From Massalongia carnosa (lineage: Eukaryota): a DNA stretch of 64,000 nucleotides. Where the stretch lies: assembly GCA_965645245.1 (NCBI GenBank), contig OZ287083.1, positions 1,054,001 through 1,118,000 on the forward strand, written 5' to 3'. The translations under genes were made by a program, and so were the position numbers. Shown piece after piece: positions 25,465 through 37,400 of the stretch. The notes beneath the pieces are model-generated. The model worked only from the letters and a program-made list of their open reading frames with translations, was not told the origin of the DNA and searched no databases. Each line of letters starts with the position of its first letter. Position 1 is the first letter of the stretch.

Positions 25465-26205
25465 ATGAAAACCCCAATCCCCCCCCCAACGGCCACAGCC
25501 ACGACCTCCGCCCCGCCTCCCCCCCCCCTCCCCCCCTCAACCTTCACCGACGGTCTCCCCGTCCCACGCATGCTGATCTTCGACCTTGACTACACCCTCT
25601 GGCCTTTCTGGGCCGACACTCACGTCCAGCCGCCTCTGCGCCCACACCATCCGCACAATCCCGGCACCCACACCAGTCACCACGCCGATAATCACCGCCC
25701 CGATAATGCCGCCACCGCGGCTCAAGACCGCACCGGCGAGACCTTCGCCTTCTACCCGGCTGTTCCGGCCCTCTTAGCCTCGCTGGCCGGGCTGCCGGAG
25801 CCTCAGCGGCCGATCCTGGCGCTGGCGTCCAGGACCCAGGCGCCGGATGTGGCGGAGCGGTTATTGGCGATTTTAGGGTTTTGGGGAGAGGAGGGGATGA
25901 AGGTGCGGGGTAAGAAGGATAGGAATAGGAACAAGATGGAGAAGGATGACGACCATACCAACGACGCAACGCCGCCGCTCTTTGCCCACGCCGCCATCTT
26001 CCCTGGCGACAAGCGCGCTCACATGCGTCTCCTGCACCGCCGGTCGGGCGTCGCGTTTGGGGACATGCTTTTCTTCGACGACGAGGCGCGCAACGGCGTC
26101 GTGCGGGAGCTGGGCGTGGTGATGCGCCTGGTGCGGAACGGGTGCGATGCTGGCGAGGTGGATGCTGGGGTGCGGGAGTGGAGGAGGATGAGGAGGGGGA
26201 GTTAA
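25465..26205 (+). CDS. Magnesium-dependent phosphatase 1 (HAD superfamily, MDP-1)
   Basis: FDLDYTLWPF (HAD motif I), LASRT (motif II), K in GDKRAH, MLFFDDEARN (motif IV). Confidence 0.9.
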   Translation: MKTPIPPPTATATTSAPPPPPLPPSTFTDGLPVPRMLIFDLDYTLWPFWADTHVQPPLRPHHPHNPGTHTSHHADNHRPDNAATAAQDRTGETFAFYPAVPALLASLAGLPEPQRPILALASRTQAPDVAERLLAILGFWGEEGMKVRGKKDRNRNKMEKDDDHTNDATPPLFAHAAIFPGDKRAHMRLLHRRSGVAFGDMLFFDDEARNGVVRELGVVMRLVRNGCDAGEVDAGVREWRRMRRGS

Positions 26206-26409
26206 GGGAATGGAAGGGGGGGGGGGTTTTATTGGTTACGTGAGTCTTGCTCTTGCCTCTGCGTTCGTATATAGATAGATGGATTTTCATGAAACAACCC
26301 CCACCCCATTTCATCTACACTTCCCTTTTTCCCTCCTTTTAGCCCCTCTTCTCCCTCTTTCCCCTGCCCCCCTTTCCCCTTACTTTCACTATCCACCCCC
26401 TCAATACCC

Positions 26410-27398
26410 CTACCGCGCACCACCACCACCACCACCACCACCAACCCCCAACCCCCTCAGCAGTTCCACATGCTTCTCCACCAACCTGGCCCGCGACGCC
26501 TGCAGCCCGGACCGGTCCACCCGCCGCTCGTTGTGGCCGTACACGACCGTGAAATCGGCCAGGGTGGTGTACGGTGGGAGGATGGAGTAGGGGGTGATTT
26601 TGCAGTGCTGAATTCAGGGAAACCCAAAGGGGAGGGGGGGGAAGGACAGGGGTTAGCTGGCAGGTTTTTTTGGGTTTCGGGGGGAGATAGATTGTGGGGA
26701 GTGTGAAGACCGGGGAAGGGAGGGATGGGGGAAAAGAGAGAAGAGAAGAGAAGAGCGAAATAACAGACGAATGAAAAAACACATCATCCCCTCACCCGTC
26801 CAGTACATCTAGAGACTTATCCGAAAAAGTCGCGAGAACATCTCTCTTCAGTCCCCAGCCCCAAAGTACCCGAAAAGGAATGAACCTCCCAGACAGACAG
26901 ACAGATAGATAGACAGAAAAGAGGACCCCCAAGCCCACTTGTTCCCCCCCGCCCCTCCCTTTTCCAAAAAGATAACTGTGGTCTCGAGACCCGAAATATA
27001 TAACGGAGAGAAGAAAGTGGAAAAAAAAAACTCACCTTTCCAACAATACACCCCCTCCCCACCTTAGCTCCAACCTCCACCACCGTCCCCTCGCCCACCC
27101 ACCGCGCCTCGACCACCGCTCCCGTTTCCACCACCACCCCCCGCTCCAGCACCACTCCCTTCTCTCTCTCTCCGTCTCCCCCCTTCCTGTCGTGATCCTC
27201 CCCTGCGGCGAGAATCCCCACGCTGGCCCGCTCACATACGATGCAGTTGTCGCCGACCGTGACGGGGATGTGTTTGGCAATTAGCCGGGCGCGGAGGTGG
27301 ATGATGGCGGTGGGGGCGACGGTGATGGGGTGGGGACCGGTCAGGGTGGCGTGGGGGGATATGAGGAGGGGGGGATTGGTGGGTGGTGGTGGTGGCAT
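26410..27398 (-). CDS. DCTN6: Dynactin subunit 6 (p27), left-handed beta-helix
   Basis: Hexapeptide repeats (TVGDNCIVCERASVG, VGEGTVVEVGAKVGRGCIVGK). Intron 26608-27035 joins to HCKITPYSILPPYTTLADFTVVYG..RR; stop TAG at 26410-26412. Confidence 0.82.
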
Positions 27399-27841
27399 TT
27401 TCTGGGCGGGTTGAAGAAGTTAGGTCGTGGGGAAAGGAAGGGGGGATAATGGTGAGGAATATGAGTGCGTTGTCGTTCGCGAAAATGTAAGAGGTTAGGG
27501 GGTTTATGATTGGAAGTGTTCTACACTCAAAGGGAGATCTTGCTTCAGAAACCTAACAAGTTTCCGAACCTTAACGATTAGTTCAAATGTTGGATCTCCA
27601 GCGTATCTTCAACTAGGAGGGCACTGGCATAGCATTTATTTTACATGTGTAAAGTACATTGCGCCATGGTCTTCCCCATCGCCATCCTTTCCCAACCTGT
27701 AAACAAAACAAGTCCTCCCAGTCCCTTCCCCCTTCGACTGTAACACCGGCAAAAATAGCATCAGGATTAATGTACAGTAGAAATGAAAAAACACCACGGA
27801 ATCTGCAATTCACGTTTTAAAAGGCCAAGATCATTTCTCAA

Positions 27842-30800
27842 TCATGAAACGCCGCCCCCGCCGCGGATTCGTTTTCCAATGTTTCCCTCACCACCTTGCT
27901 GACCATCTTGGCCTGCGTCGTCCCTAGGTCGTTTGTTACCTTGAGGCACAAATTGCTTTGCCCCACCATTGAGTTGACCGCTAGTTGGGCTTCCTCTACC
28001 ATGAGGCAGCCCCTGACCCCTGCTGGTATCTACCGTCGGGATTGCGCCTCGGCCGAATCCTTGCCCGCGAGCCCGCCCGCCCCCTCGAGTCGAACTTCCT
28101 CTGGCCACCGGCAATCCGGATTGCTGTAGCCCCCGCGGGGGCCCAGATCCGGCACCTTGATTGGTATACTGACCACTGGTACCTTGCGGCGGCTTGGCGG
28201 GAAGATTGCCCTGTGAAGCCGACAACGGCTGGAAAGGCGGTGGGATTCCCGTAGTGGATGTTACGGCTTGTGCCACAGGTGGTGCCTGGATGGAGGTTTC
28301 TTGTGGTTGCTCCATGTCTCCAGGCGGGACCGAGGAGCTTATTGGTATCTGGTTTTGAGGCTGTTGCTGGGCCAAAGGAGGTGCTTGGCCTCGAGGAGGT
28401 GTCGAGGGGGGTTTCCCCCATGATTGGGAACTATTGGCTTGTTGTCCTGGTGCCGTTCGAGCTGGTTGACTAAAGTTGCCCGTCTGGGACGTGTTCTGAT
28501 TCATAAAGGGGTTGACTTGGTGGCTAGGATTCATAGGAGTAGGGTTTCCAAATGTACCGGTTGATGGACCGTTCTGCGCAGTGAGAGGATTGTTGGGCCG
28601 CTGATTTGACACCAACGGAGTTGGCTGTCCAAAGACGCCGGATTGAGACACGGTTTGCCTATTGCTTGGGGAATTGACTTGCTGACTAGAGGTTGAAGGC
28701 GTCGGCTGTCCAAATGTGCTCGTCCGACGTAAGTTTTCACTGTTGTTTGAAGATGAAGGAGCTGGTTGTCCAAAGGTACCAGCAGGACGAGGATTCAGCT
28801 TTTTCAGAGCATCTTGCTGTGGCGTCTGAGAAGCTGGTGCAACAGGTTTTGCCTCTTTGGCAATTGCCCACACTTCACCGACCGGTTTCTGTGGTGTCTC
28901 TTGGGCTGCCTTCTGAACAATGTCCAACCTTGGCTGCAGTTGTTTGGCTTTGTTTTCTGCCATACTCAATTTCAATGCGCTACGCTTCCCTTCCATAAAT
29001 ACTGCATGACCTTGAGCAGTACTCGCTTTCTCACGGACCTCTGCGAGCTGTTCATTCAGTTGCTTTTCATGCTCCTCTTTAAGCTGCTTGGCCAACTTTT
29101 CCTTCGCTTCCTGGACCTTGGAGGTAATATTCCTTGAGAGAATGCCTCTGACTATAGCATTTTTAGCACAAAGTTCTCTAGCCTCTTCATCTGTCGGATT
29201 CAAAGGACTGCGAGTTGCTTGACTCTCTGGCTTCTCAACCACTCCCCCGCTTTCGACAGGAGCTGGGTGATCTGCAAGCCATTTATCCTTGAATGTCTCA
29301 AATCTCGAATCTTCATCTCTCCTTAGCTTGTCGATCTCGTGTTGATGATGGACCTTTAACTTTTCGAGCTCTTCTAGATGCGCCGACTTGAGGTTCTCCA
29401 AAGCTTGCTCATTCTCTGCTGCTAACGCCTGCTTACCTTCGGCTAGTTTTTTCGTCAACTGAGCCTTCATGGCATCTGATCGTTTCTTGAAATTTTCTTC
29501 AAGTTGGGCAACACGTTCATTGTGTCGAGCATCAAGATTAACACGGATGGTCTCGACATGCTCATTGACCTGCTCTGCTACGGATTTCGAGCCGTCTTCT
29601 CCTGGGGCATTTGCAAAGGATGCGTTGATTGAAGCGTTGGCTCTTAGATTTTCTGCTTCCTGTTGAACTTGGACAAGTTCTTCCCGGAGCCGCTCCATCT
29701 GCTCGACGGATACGCTATTGATGGACGAAGTAGATTGCTGTTGCTGAGTGCCCTGAAGCCGGTCAAGCTCCGTAATCGCTTCATCCATGTTCTGCTGTAT
29801 TTGAATCTAGTAACGAATTAGTGCTGTGCGAAAGTTTAGCAATGAGATCTTGCACTTACTATATGGTGTTCTAAATCTGTAATCTTAGTTTGAGCTGCAG
29901 CAACTTCATTTTGAAGACTGGAAATTCGGGAAGCATCTTCGTTTGCCCTGGCTTCGGCTGCACTTAATTTCTCCTGTAAGGCCTGCACCTCCTGAGAAGT
30001 TGGATGAGCTATGGCTTGTTCGTCGACCTGACCCTCTTCTGACCCGTTCTGCTCCTTACTGTCTGTTGGATTGACTTGTAAGGTAGAAGCTTTGTCAAAA
30101 GCCTGATCCCTCTGCACCTCAGCTTCCTTAAGCTCCGAGTGGAGCATTTCAAACCGCTGTTCAAGGTCTGATTTTTCTCTAGAAGCATTTTGTAGCGCAG
30201 CTTCCTTTTCTTTGATGATCGCGGATAGGTTCTTCGATCTTGTTTTGAACTGCTCCGTAAGCCGCTGCCTTAGCTCTTCGACCTTTTCATTTCCCTGCTC
30301 CTGGGCCAGTGTGATTTTGCTCGGAATGCTATCGACTTGCTCTTGTAGCCCCTGCTTGGACGCCCTAAGGTCGTCACATTCTGTCTCCAGCGATTGGACG
30401 TGCCCTTTCAATGTTTCCAACTCGGCAGGGTCTACGCGGTCATACTTTTGAAGTATGTTTTGCGCCCTTTGCTGCCACCTATCACAGTTCTCCTGTAGCA
30501 GCTTCATCTCACCTGCTTGCGTCTCTCGCTCGTTTCTTAGTTCTCGTATCTCCGCCTGAAGAGGTTCAACCTGAGCCCCCAGCTCTTCAATCTGTTTTAC
30601 CTTGGCTGCTAGCGAAGCTTGCGCCTGTCGGGTCTCATTACGCAAGGTAACACTGCTCTCCCGGAAAGTGTTCAGTTCGTTAATGGTGTCCATCAGCTTT
30701 TTATGATTGAACGCAGCACGTTCATTGTCCTCTTCCAAGTGTCTTTGCTGGTTGAGCTTCAATCGCGTGTCGTCCAGTTGTGATTGCGTATAATCAAGCT

Positions 30801-33800
30801 GTTGTTTTAAGCGTTTGGCTTCTTGGGTGGACAGTTCCAATTGGACGTCGACAATCTCCTTCTCACGTCGTAGGTACTTGATGACTTCCTGAAGATTTTC
30901 ATTAGGGGTTGAGGAAGAATCATGTGAATTATCATTCTCGCCAGCGGAATTACGCTTTTGTAGATTCGAGATCTGGGAGCTAACATTTTCGAGCTGTTGA
31001 TGAAGGCGATTGTTTTGAATGGTGAGATTTTGCTTCCCTTGCCTGACCTGGTCAAGCTCCCTTTCGTAACGGTCTTTCGATTCAGCCCAGCTTTCTTCAT
31101 TTTGTACAAGACTTGCACGAGCTGATTCTGCTTCGGTCTTTAACTCAACAATTTTCACCTTGAGATCATTATATTGCGCTCGAACCGATTGTAGCGCTTT
31201 TGCAGCTTCCGCGTGCTTCACAAGCTCGTTCTCATAATTCTGCTGCGCCTGCTGTGCAATCTCGGCTTGAGCCTTCAAATCCTCTTGCAGATACTGAGCA
31301 GCGACTGAATGACGATCAGCCTGATCCTTGAGCTGGGCTAGTTCCAATTCGTAAACATTCTTCTGTTCTTCTGCTCGTCGTCCATTTTCAGCCTCTTTCG
31401 TCTGCAAGGTAGACAGCTTAGCGGCGGTGGAAGTAAGTTCTGAAGCAAGATCATCGACCCTGCTCTGTAGATCATGGATTTTGGTACCTTTCTCTTCAAG
31501 CGCCTGATCCATCTCCTGGCGAAATAAGTCTTGGGTTTCGTTAAGGCTTTGTAGACGCTCTTCGGAGGATTGACTTATGGCTTTGTATTGCTCAATCTGG
31601 GAGTGGGCGTTTTCAACTTCCCCTTTACTTAGCTCCAGATCACGACGAAGCTCCGAAACTTGCAGACCCAACTCTTGTTCCTTCGTCAGGTTTGACTCTT
31701 CATCCGCAAAACTCTCTACTGATCCCTGTCCATTTGAAGCTGGAGGCTGACGAGCAGACGATGGCTGTAGCAAAAGAATGCGCTCCTCTGCGCTCTTGAG
31801 CTCTATACTTAATTCATCCACTCTCGCCTGGAGGTGGTCGCGGGTGATCTTCACGGCAACAAAATCCTCCCGAAGAGCGCCTAGACTTGTTATGAGGTCA
31901 TCGATTCTCTTCTGGTTCTGCTGCTGCTCAAATTCCCGGCGCAGAGTGGCCCTCTTGTTCTCCTCGATTTCATCTGACAGTTTCCGGTTTGCAGCCTGCA
32001 AATCTTTCTCGAGACTTTCAACTTGTGTTAATAGTCTTCGACGAGTCTCCTCACTCGAGTGTTCGTTCTCATTTAAGAGGCTCTGAAGACTGGCACTCAA
32101 GGAATTGAGGCGATCTCTCTCATAGGATAACGTTGTGTTGTCTTCCGTAATCCGCTTTTCCACGCTCTTCCAGAAATCTTTCTCCGCTTTGAGGATAGCT
32201 AACTCAGTTCGTATACTATCCGCCAGACCTTTGGATTCTACAAGGTCCTCGACAACCTGTTGAGTCTTTAGTTCTTGCTTGGCTGCATTATTCGAGAAGA
32301 ATTGCGATCTCTTTTGTAGTTCTTCGTTCTCCGTCGTGAGCATTGCATAATTGGCTTGAAGCATCTCATATCGTTCGTGAGCTAGCGTAACCTGACTGCT
32401 GTTTCGCGCCACCTCATTCCGGAGCTCACTATTGGTCCTTGAAAGACTGTCCACCTGCTGCTTTAACGTGGATCGATCTGTAGCGGCTTCTTGTCGATAG
32501 GAATCGAAATGAGACTGCATGTCCTTGAGGAGTTTCGCATAGTCGGAGAACTCTCTTGACGTTGGAGATTGTTCTATACTATTTATGAGAGTGTTTCGTG
32601 TAGGAGTTGCTGGCGGTCCTCCCAGCACGGATTCACCAAACATGGATGCAAGGTCGGTATCAGGAGGAAGTTGACCTCGATGAGAAAGCATGCGGCGGAA
32701 CATATCACGCTCTCGGATGTAGCTTTGTGACTGCGTGACTAAGGACTTGACCTCATCCTTGCAAAGCTCATACTTCTGTTGCATATCTTCTTGATCCAGC
32801 ATGGCTCGAGAAGCTTCCTCTCGTTCCATTCTTTCGCCCAGCTCCCGGGTAAGCTTTATTAAATTGGTATTCTGCTCTTGAAGCTGGGCGACGTTCTTGA
32901 AAGTCACAAGGTGTTCGCTTATAAAAATATTTGTATCAGTTACACCATCCCTAGATTCATCATTTAAGTCACCCCGAGCAAGTCGTTCAAGTTGGCGATG
33001 CCTTTCTACACCGAGCTCTTCCACCCCTTGATCCCGAAGATGAACTTCCATCAACAAGATTTTGACCTGAGAGCTCAAATCTCGAAGCTGTTGTCGGAGG
33101 ACTTCTCCTTCCTTGATTTTGGCCTCGACTTGGCCTTCCTGCTTTCTTGCATTCTTGATAGCCAAGTCACGTTCCTTCCCGACAGTATCCAACAGCGAAG
33201 ACATCTCAGCAATATGTGATTCTAGCCTCTCATGATCTACATGAAGTTCCTTCACCTCAGGTTCCCTATTTTCGAGGTCTTGTATCATGTCGTCAATGGT
33301 GGAGCTTAGTTTCTCGTTCCGGCGCCTTTCCGCATCAAGGTCTCTCTTCAGATTAGAATAATCGCTGTACATCTGGGTGAGGCTAATCCCTCCCTTGAAG
33401 GGAGTAGGGCTTGGAGAAAAGGCCCCATGTGCCGAACCACTACGCACCGGAGTGCCAAGAGCATGTCCATTGACACCCTGATGAGAAGCCTCATGCTGCG
33501 GGGTCTGGTCTTGCACTTTCGCGATGTCCGCTTCCAAACGCTCCACCTGAACCTCAAGCTCCACCACTCTCTGCTCGGCAGCCTCCCTTTCGCGATGTTC
33601 GGTGTCAACTTCTGCACTTATCCGACCAATTTCCTCCAATGCCTCTTCTTTGAAAGTCTCCATTTGGTCGTGCAAATCCTTTTGGCGCTCTTTCTCTGTA
33701 TTCGTGGCGTTCTTCATGAGCTCCGCTAACCGATTCGCTGTATCTAACTCAATTTTGAAGGCCTCTTCTCTCCTGGAAGCTTCCTCCTGCATCTTCTGAG

Positions 33801-34671
33801 TCTGAGAAAATGCATCATCAGCCTTTTGACCCACTTCTCCCAGCCGTTTACGCAACGTATCCACCGTACGGTTAAGAGAGCCAATCGTGCTTGTAGCCTC
33901 ATCATTTTGACGTTGAAGCTCGGCTAGTCTGAGGCCCTTCTCCTTGCGATACTTGGTGTAGTCCGCAGACTTGGTCTTGAGTTCATTGTCAAGCCACTCG
34001 TTGTTTCTTTTCAGTTGCTCGATTTCTTGCATTAAAGCTTGCTCATGATACTTTGCGTTTGAAGAAGTAGCATTGGCAGCTTGGATGGACTGTTCAAGAT
34101 TCGACACTTCGCGTCTAAGCTCCACGGTCTTCTGATGCTGCGCGGCGACTTCCTCGGTAAGTTTATCGTACGCGGTTGACTTAGATTCAAGCAGTGAAAG
34201 AGTGTCTCTATGGAAGGTTTCAAGTGAACTAATCCGCGCTTTGGCATCTGAGAGCTCTGAGGCCGAGGAGGCGGTTGAGGCCTTGAGTGCCTCAAGTTCT
34301 GACTCTGTGGCTGATTGTTTTTTTTCTAAAGAGAATAAGTCCTAGACAGATGTTCGGTCCTTGACCCGGCAACACTCACCTTCCACCTCTAGTTTTTGAC
34401 GTAATTCTGCGGCTTCTTTCAAGCCTTTTCCAATTGAGGCTTTGAGAACGCGACTTTTAGTTTCCCCTCCACGAACTGCATTTTCCAGCTCAATATTCAG
34501 CTTCAGACTCTGAGATTTCAATTCATTATGCTCGAGAGCTTTTGCGGAGATATTCGCTAGGAGCGTGTGGACGAGTTCCTTAGTAGGTGCATCCAGTAGA
34601 GTGGTGATGGAAGTTTGAGGGACGGAACAAAATGACGAAAGCTGAACGACATCCAGGTCTATAGCCGCCAT
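27842..34671 (-). CDS. MLP1: Nuclear basket coiled-coil nucleoporin Mlp1/Tpr
   Basis: More than 2100 aa of coiled coil with TPR/MLP motifs (AQQNYENELVKHAEAA, YLRREKEIVD, LNTFRESSVTLR, WQQRAQNILQKYDRVDP), a Pro/Gln/Gly-rich tail and a terminal NLS-like KRPR...KRIR. Introns 34326-34379 and 29807-29859. Confidence 0.92.
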
Positions 34672-34812
34672 TCTAGGAAAATGGAGAATATGGAGTGAGA
34701 GATTTAGTCATTATACCTGTAGAGATTCCCGAAATGGGAGTGTGTCTGGTAACAGGTGTTGGAGGTTTAGATAATCGAGAACGAGAAACGGCGGTTTTTT
34801 GTTTCGGTTCTC

Positions 34813-34820
34813 CACGTGAC
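34813..34820. promoter_or_regulatory. Cbf1-type E-box (GTCACGTG on the minus strand) in the MLP1/TFA2 divergent promoter
   Basis: CACGTGAC lies in the 380-bp divergent intergenic region. ATCACGTG also occurs upstream of CDC4 (3924-3931) and MGE1 (40728-40735). Function is inferred from the motif only. Confidence 0.4.
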
Positions 34821-35051
34821 TTCATAAGCCTGAAGCGGCGACCTTTGCCGAATCTAGCTTAGAACAACATGTGAATAAAACCCAATGCATACAACCACAC
34901 AACCATACAACCATGCATTCAGAGAAGAACTCATCGTCTTCCCACCACTCCATCAGTCTGATGCTTGATTAAAAGGGATGCTTTCATCCTTCTTCAGATC
35001 AACATCTCTGTATAAAATCCTCCAGGCGCAACAGACGCTGCGGCTGAAATT

Positions 35052-35966
35052 ATGTCGTATCTCGAGAATCAGATCAGTGCCTTTAAATCTAACCTCACTT
35101 CCTCTTCCAACAAAATTTCTAGCAAACGCACAGCCCTAGTACCTCCTAAATCTACTCCATCTCCTGCCCCTTTATCACAGAAAGCTACTTCCACCAAGCA
35201 AGCCTCCACATCTGCAAAGCAAACATCCTCATCGACAAAGCAGGATCTCAAACGCAAGCGGCCTGACCAAGGCAATGTGGTCTACTCGCAGCCCGCCGAC
35301 ACAGGTACTGGCAGGAATATAATGACCCAGGTTACGTACGCGATTGAATATTTGAAAACGAAGGGCACCCCGCAAACGCTCACCGACTTGATATCATACT
35401 TGTCGCTGCAACAGGCGGAGAATGAGTACAAGCGGACGATCGGGACGATTCTGAAGAACCATGAAAAAGTTGAGTATCTAGTGAAACGAGATGGAGGGGA
35501 AGGCACGTTTAGCTTTCGGCCTGTGCACAATATCCGCTCTGGAGAACGATTGCTGGGTCATTTGCAAACGCAACCCACCGCTCAAGGCCTCAACGTCCGG
35601 GAGCTCAGAGATGGATGGCCAGGCGCCGAGGAGGCCATCAACCAGCTCGAAGCTGAAGGACGCCTCCTGGTGACGCGGAACAAAAAGGACAACCACGCGA
35701 AAATGGTCTGGCCTAACGATCCATCCCTGGCGGTCTACATCGATGACGAGTTCCAGACGATTTGGTCCAGGATTAAACTCCCCGAAGCTGGCGCCTTGGC
35801 TGATGACCTGGAGAAGGCGGGTCTGACTCCAGCAAACAAGAGCCGAGGAATCAAAGTCAAGCCGAAGATGCCGGAGAAGCCAAAGAAGCAGCCGAGGAGG
35901 AACGGAAAGACAACGAACGTACATATGCAGGGAGTTCTGAGGGATTATTCACACTTGAAAAAATGA
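35052..35966 (+). CDS. TFA2: Transcription initiation factor TFIIE beta subunit
   Basis: TQVTYAIEYLK, FRPVHNIRS, GLNVRELRDGWP, IDDEFQTIW, and C-terminal GKTTNVHM.GVL.DYS. Confidence 0.92.
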   Translation: MSYLENQISAFKSNLTSSSNKISSKRTALVPPKSTPSPAPLSQKATSTKQASTSAKQTSSSTKQDLKRKRPDQGNVVYSQPADTGTGRNIMTQVTYAIEYLKTKGTPQTLTDLISYLSLQQAENEYKRTIGTILKNHEKVEYLVKRDGGEGTFSFRPVHNIRSGERLLGHLQTQPTAQGLNVRELRDGWPGAEEAINQLEAEGRLLVTRNKKDNHAKMVWPNDPSLAVYIDDEFQTIWSRIKLPEAGALADDLEKAGLTPANKSRGIKVKPKMPEKPKKQPRRNGKTTNVHMQGVLRDYSHLKK

Positions 35967-36178
35967 TGGGCGTTGGCGACTGACACGGCAGAGGTATTCA
36001 TGGCGTTATGTTGGGTGGAAGACTTGGAGAATTGAAAGCTCCCCACGCTTCATGAAGGGCGGCATGTTCAACATGATACAACGGCCAGAGCAGATAAAGA
36101 ATAAAATGAAAGAAATGTACAACTTCGATATCTATGAAGCAATATGGGAGCAAGGACCCCCTTCCCACCCCAATCCTC

Positions 36179-37048
36179 TTATATGCCTTGCCCGTCCCTC
36201 CTCACCCCGAAAAAGTAGTTCCCCCATTTCTCGCCCCCCACCGCCATCTTCCAACCCAACCCCGGTACATACATACACCCCATACTCTTCACTCCCCCTT
36301 CCCCACCCCACCCATTTCTTTCCCTAAAAAACCCGCTCAATTCCCCCTCGTTTATATACTTTCCCCAGTCGTGCGTCCCCCGTGGCACCACCCCTAGCAA
36401 ATCCTCTGCCACAATTTTGGTCGTCATCCAACTCGTCCATGTTCTTGCAATCGTGCTGAGCACTAGCCAACCCCCCGGCTTTACAAACGGTAGACATGAT
36501 GCCAAGAACGGCGCTGGGAAATCGATGTGCTCTATCACTTCAAACAGCGTTACGATATCGTACTGCCCCTCCCGTGCTTCTGGCCTCACAGCGAGCTCTT
36601 CGACGGACGTATGGAGATATTCTAGCCTGCCCGTCTCCTGAAATGCCGGATCTTGTAAGGCGTGCGATTTGGCGACGGCGATAACCTCGGCGCTTGGATC
36701 GATGGCGGTCACATTGATAGTTCCGGGGAGGCGCGCAGCGCTCTCAGCAAAAATACCACCGCCGCAGCCAATGTCGAGGTAGCGGCGACCAGTGCCTAGG
36801 GTTCCTGGAGGGGGCAGGCTAGAGGCGGCCAGGCAGGAGGAAATGAAGTCATGGCGGAGGGGGTTCATCGAGTGGAGGAGTCGGGATGGACCATGCGGGT
36901 CCCACCATGTTGAGGCGAGGGCATTGAAGTGGGATATTTCGGAGGGATTGACAGAGGTTGTGGAGTAGCATCGCAGGGGTGAAGTGCGAAGTGGAAGGTT
37001 ACAGGAGAGGCGATGGAGAAAGGGGCTGCGGAGAGGGGCCGCAGACAT
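36179..37048 (-). CDS. COQ3: Ubiquinone biosynthesis O-methyltransferase (mitochondrial)
   Basis: WWDPHGPSRLLHSMNPLR, LDIGCGGGIFAES, FEVIEH, VPRGTHDWGKYIN; presequence-like N-terminus. Confidence 0.95.
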   Translation of the reverse strand: MSAAPLRSPFLHRLSCNLPLRTSPLRCYSTTSVNPSEISHFNALASTWWDPHGPSRLLHSMNPLRHDFISSCLAASSLPPPGTLGTGRRYLDIGCGGGIFAESAARLPGTINVTAIDPSAEVIAVAKSHALQDPAFQETGRLEYLHTSVEELAVRPEAREGQYDIVTLFEVIEHIDFPAPFLASCLPFVKPGGWLVLSTIARTWTSWMTTKIVAEDLLGVVPRGTHDWGKYINEGELSGFFRERNGWGGEGGVKSMGCMYVPGLGWKMAVGGEKWGNYFFGVRRDGQGI

Positions 37049-37400
37049 GAGAGTTTCGCAATTTCAACTCTTGAAGTCCATCGTCATAGTATGTATCCTT
37101 AAGACATGACTTCTCGTAAAACCATAAGACCCGGGATAACTTTGAAGCTTGGGAGGTTTTCCTGCGTCATCAATGTGATGTCCGCGCCGATGTTTCTCCG
37201 GTTGTTCTGAGCTTCAGCTTTCCCTCCAGCAATCTGATATACAGGAAAGTGATGGAGAGAGAGGCTAATGTGGAGGTTGAAGACATGAATGCTTCAATTT
37301 GCAGGAAAGACGAGTATTCCTCACGAAGATGACGAAAACCGAAGTAATAGTCTTTCGTTGAGCTTCACCATCAGCGCCCTCGATAGATTCGGTGCAAAGA

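Noticed and set aside
25544..26314. 256-aa minus-strand Arg/Pro-rich ORF
   Set aside because: Antisense shadow of MDP-1 in a GC-rich tract.
26788..26815. Possible 13-nt micro-exon (TAG|ATGTACTGGACGG|GTGAG) or snoRNA inside the long DCTN6 intron
   Set aside because: No convincing branch point, it would shift frame, and there are no complete C/D boxes; needs RNA-seq.
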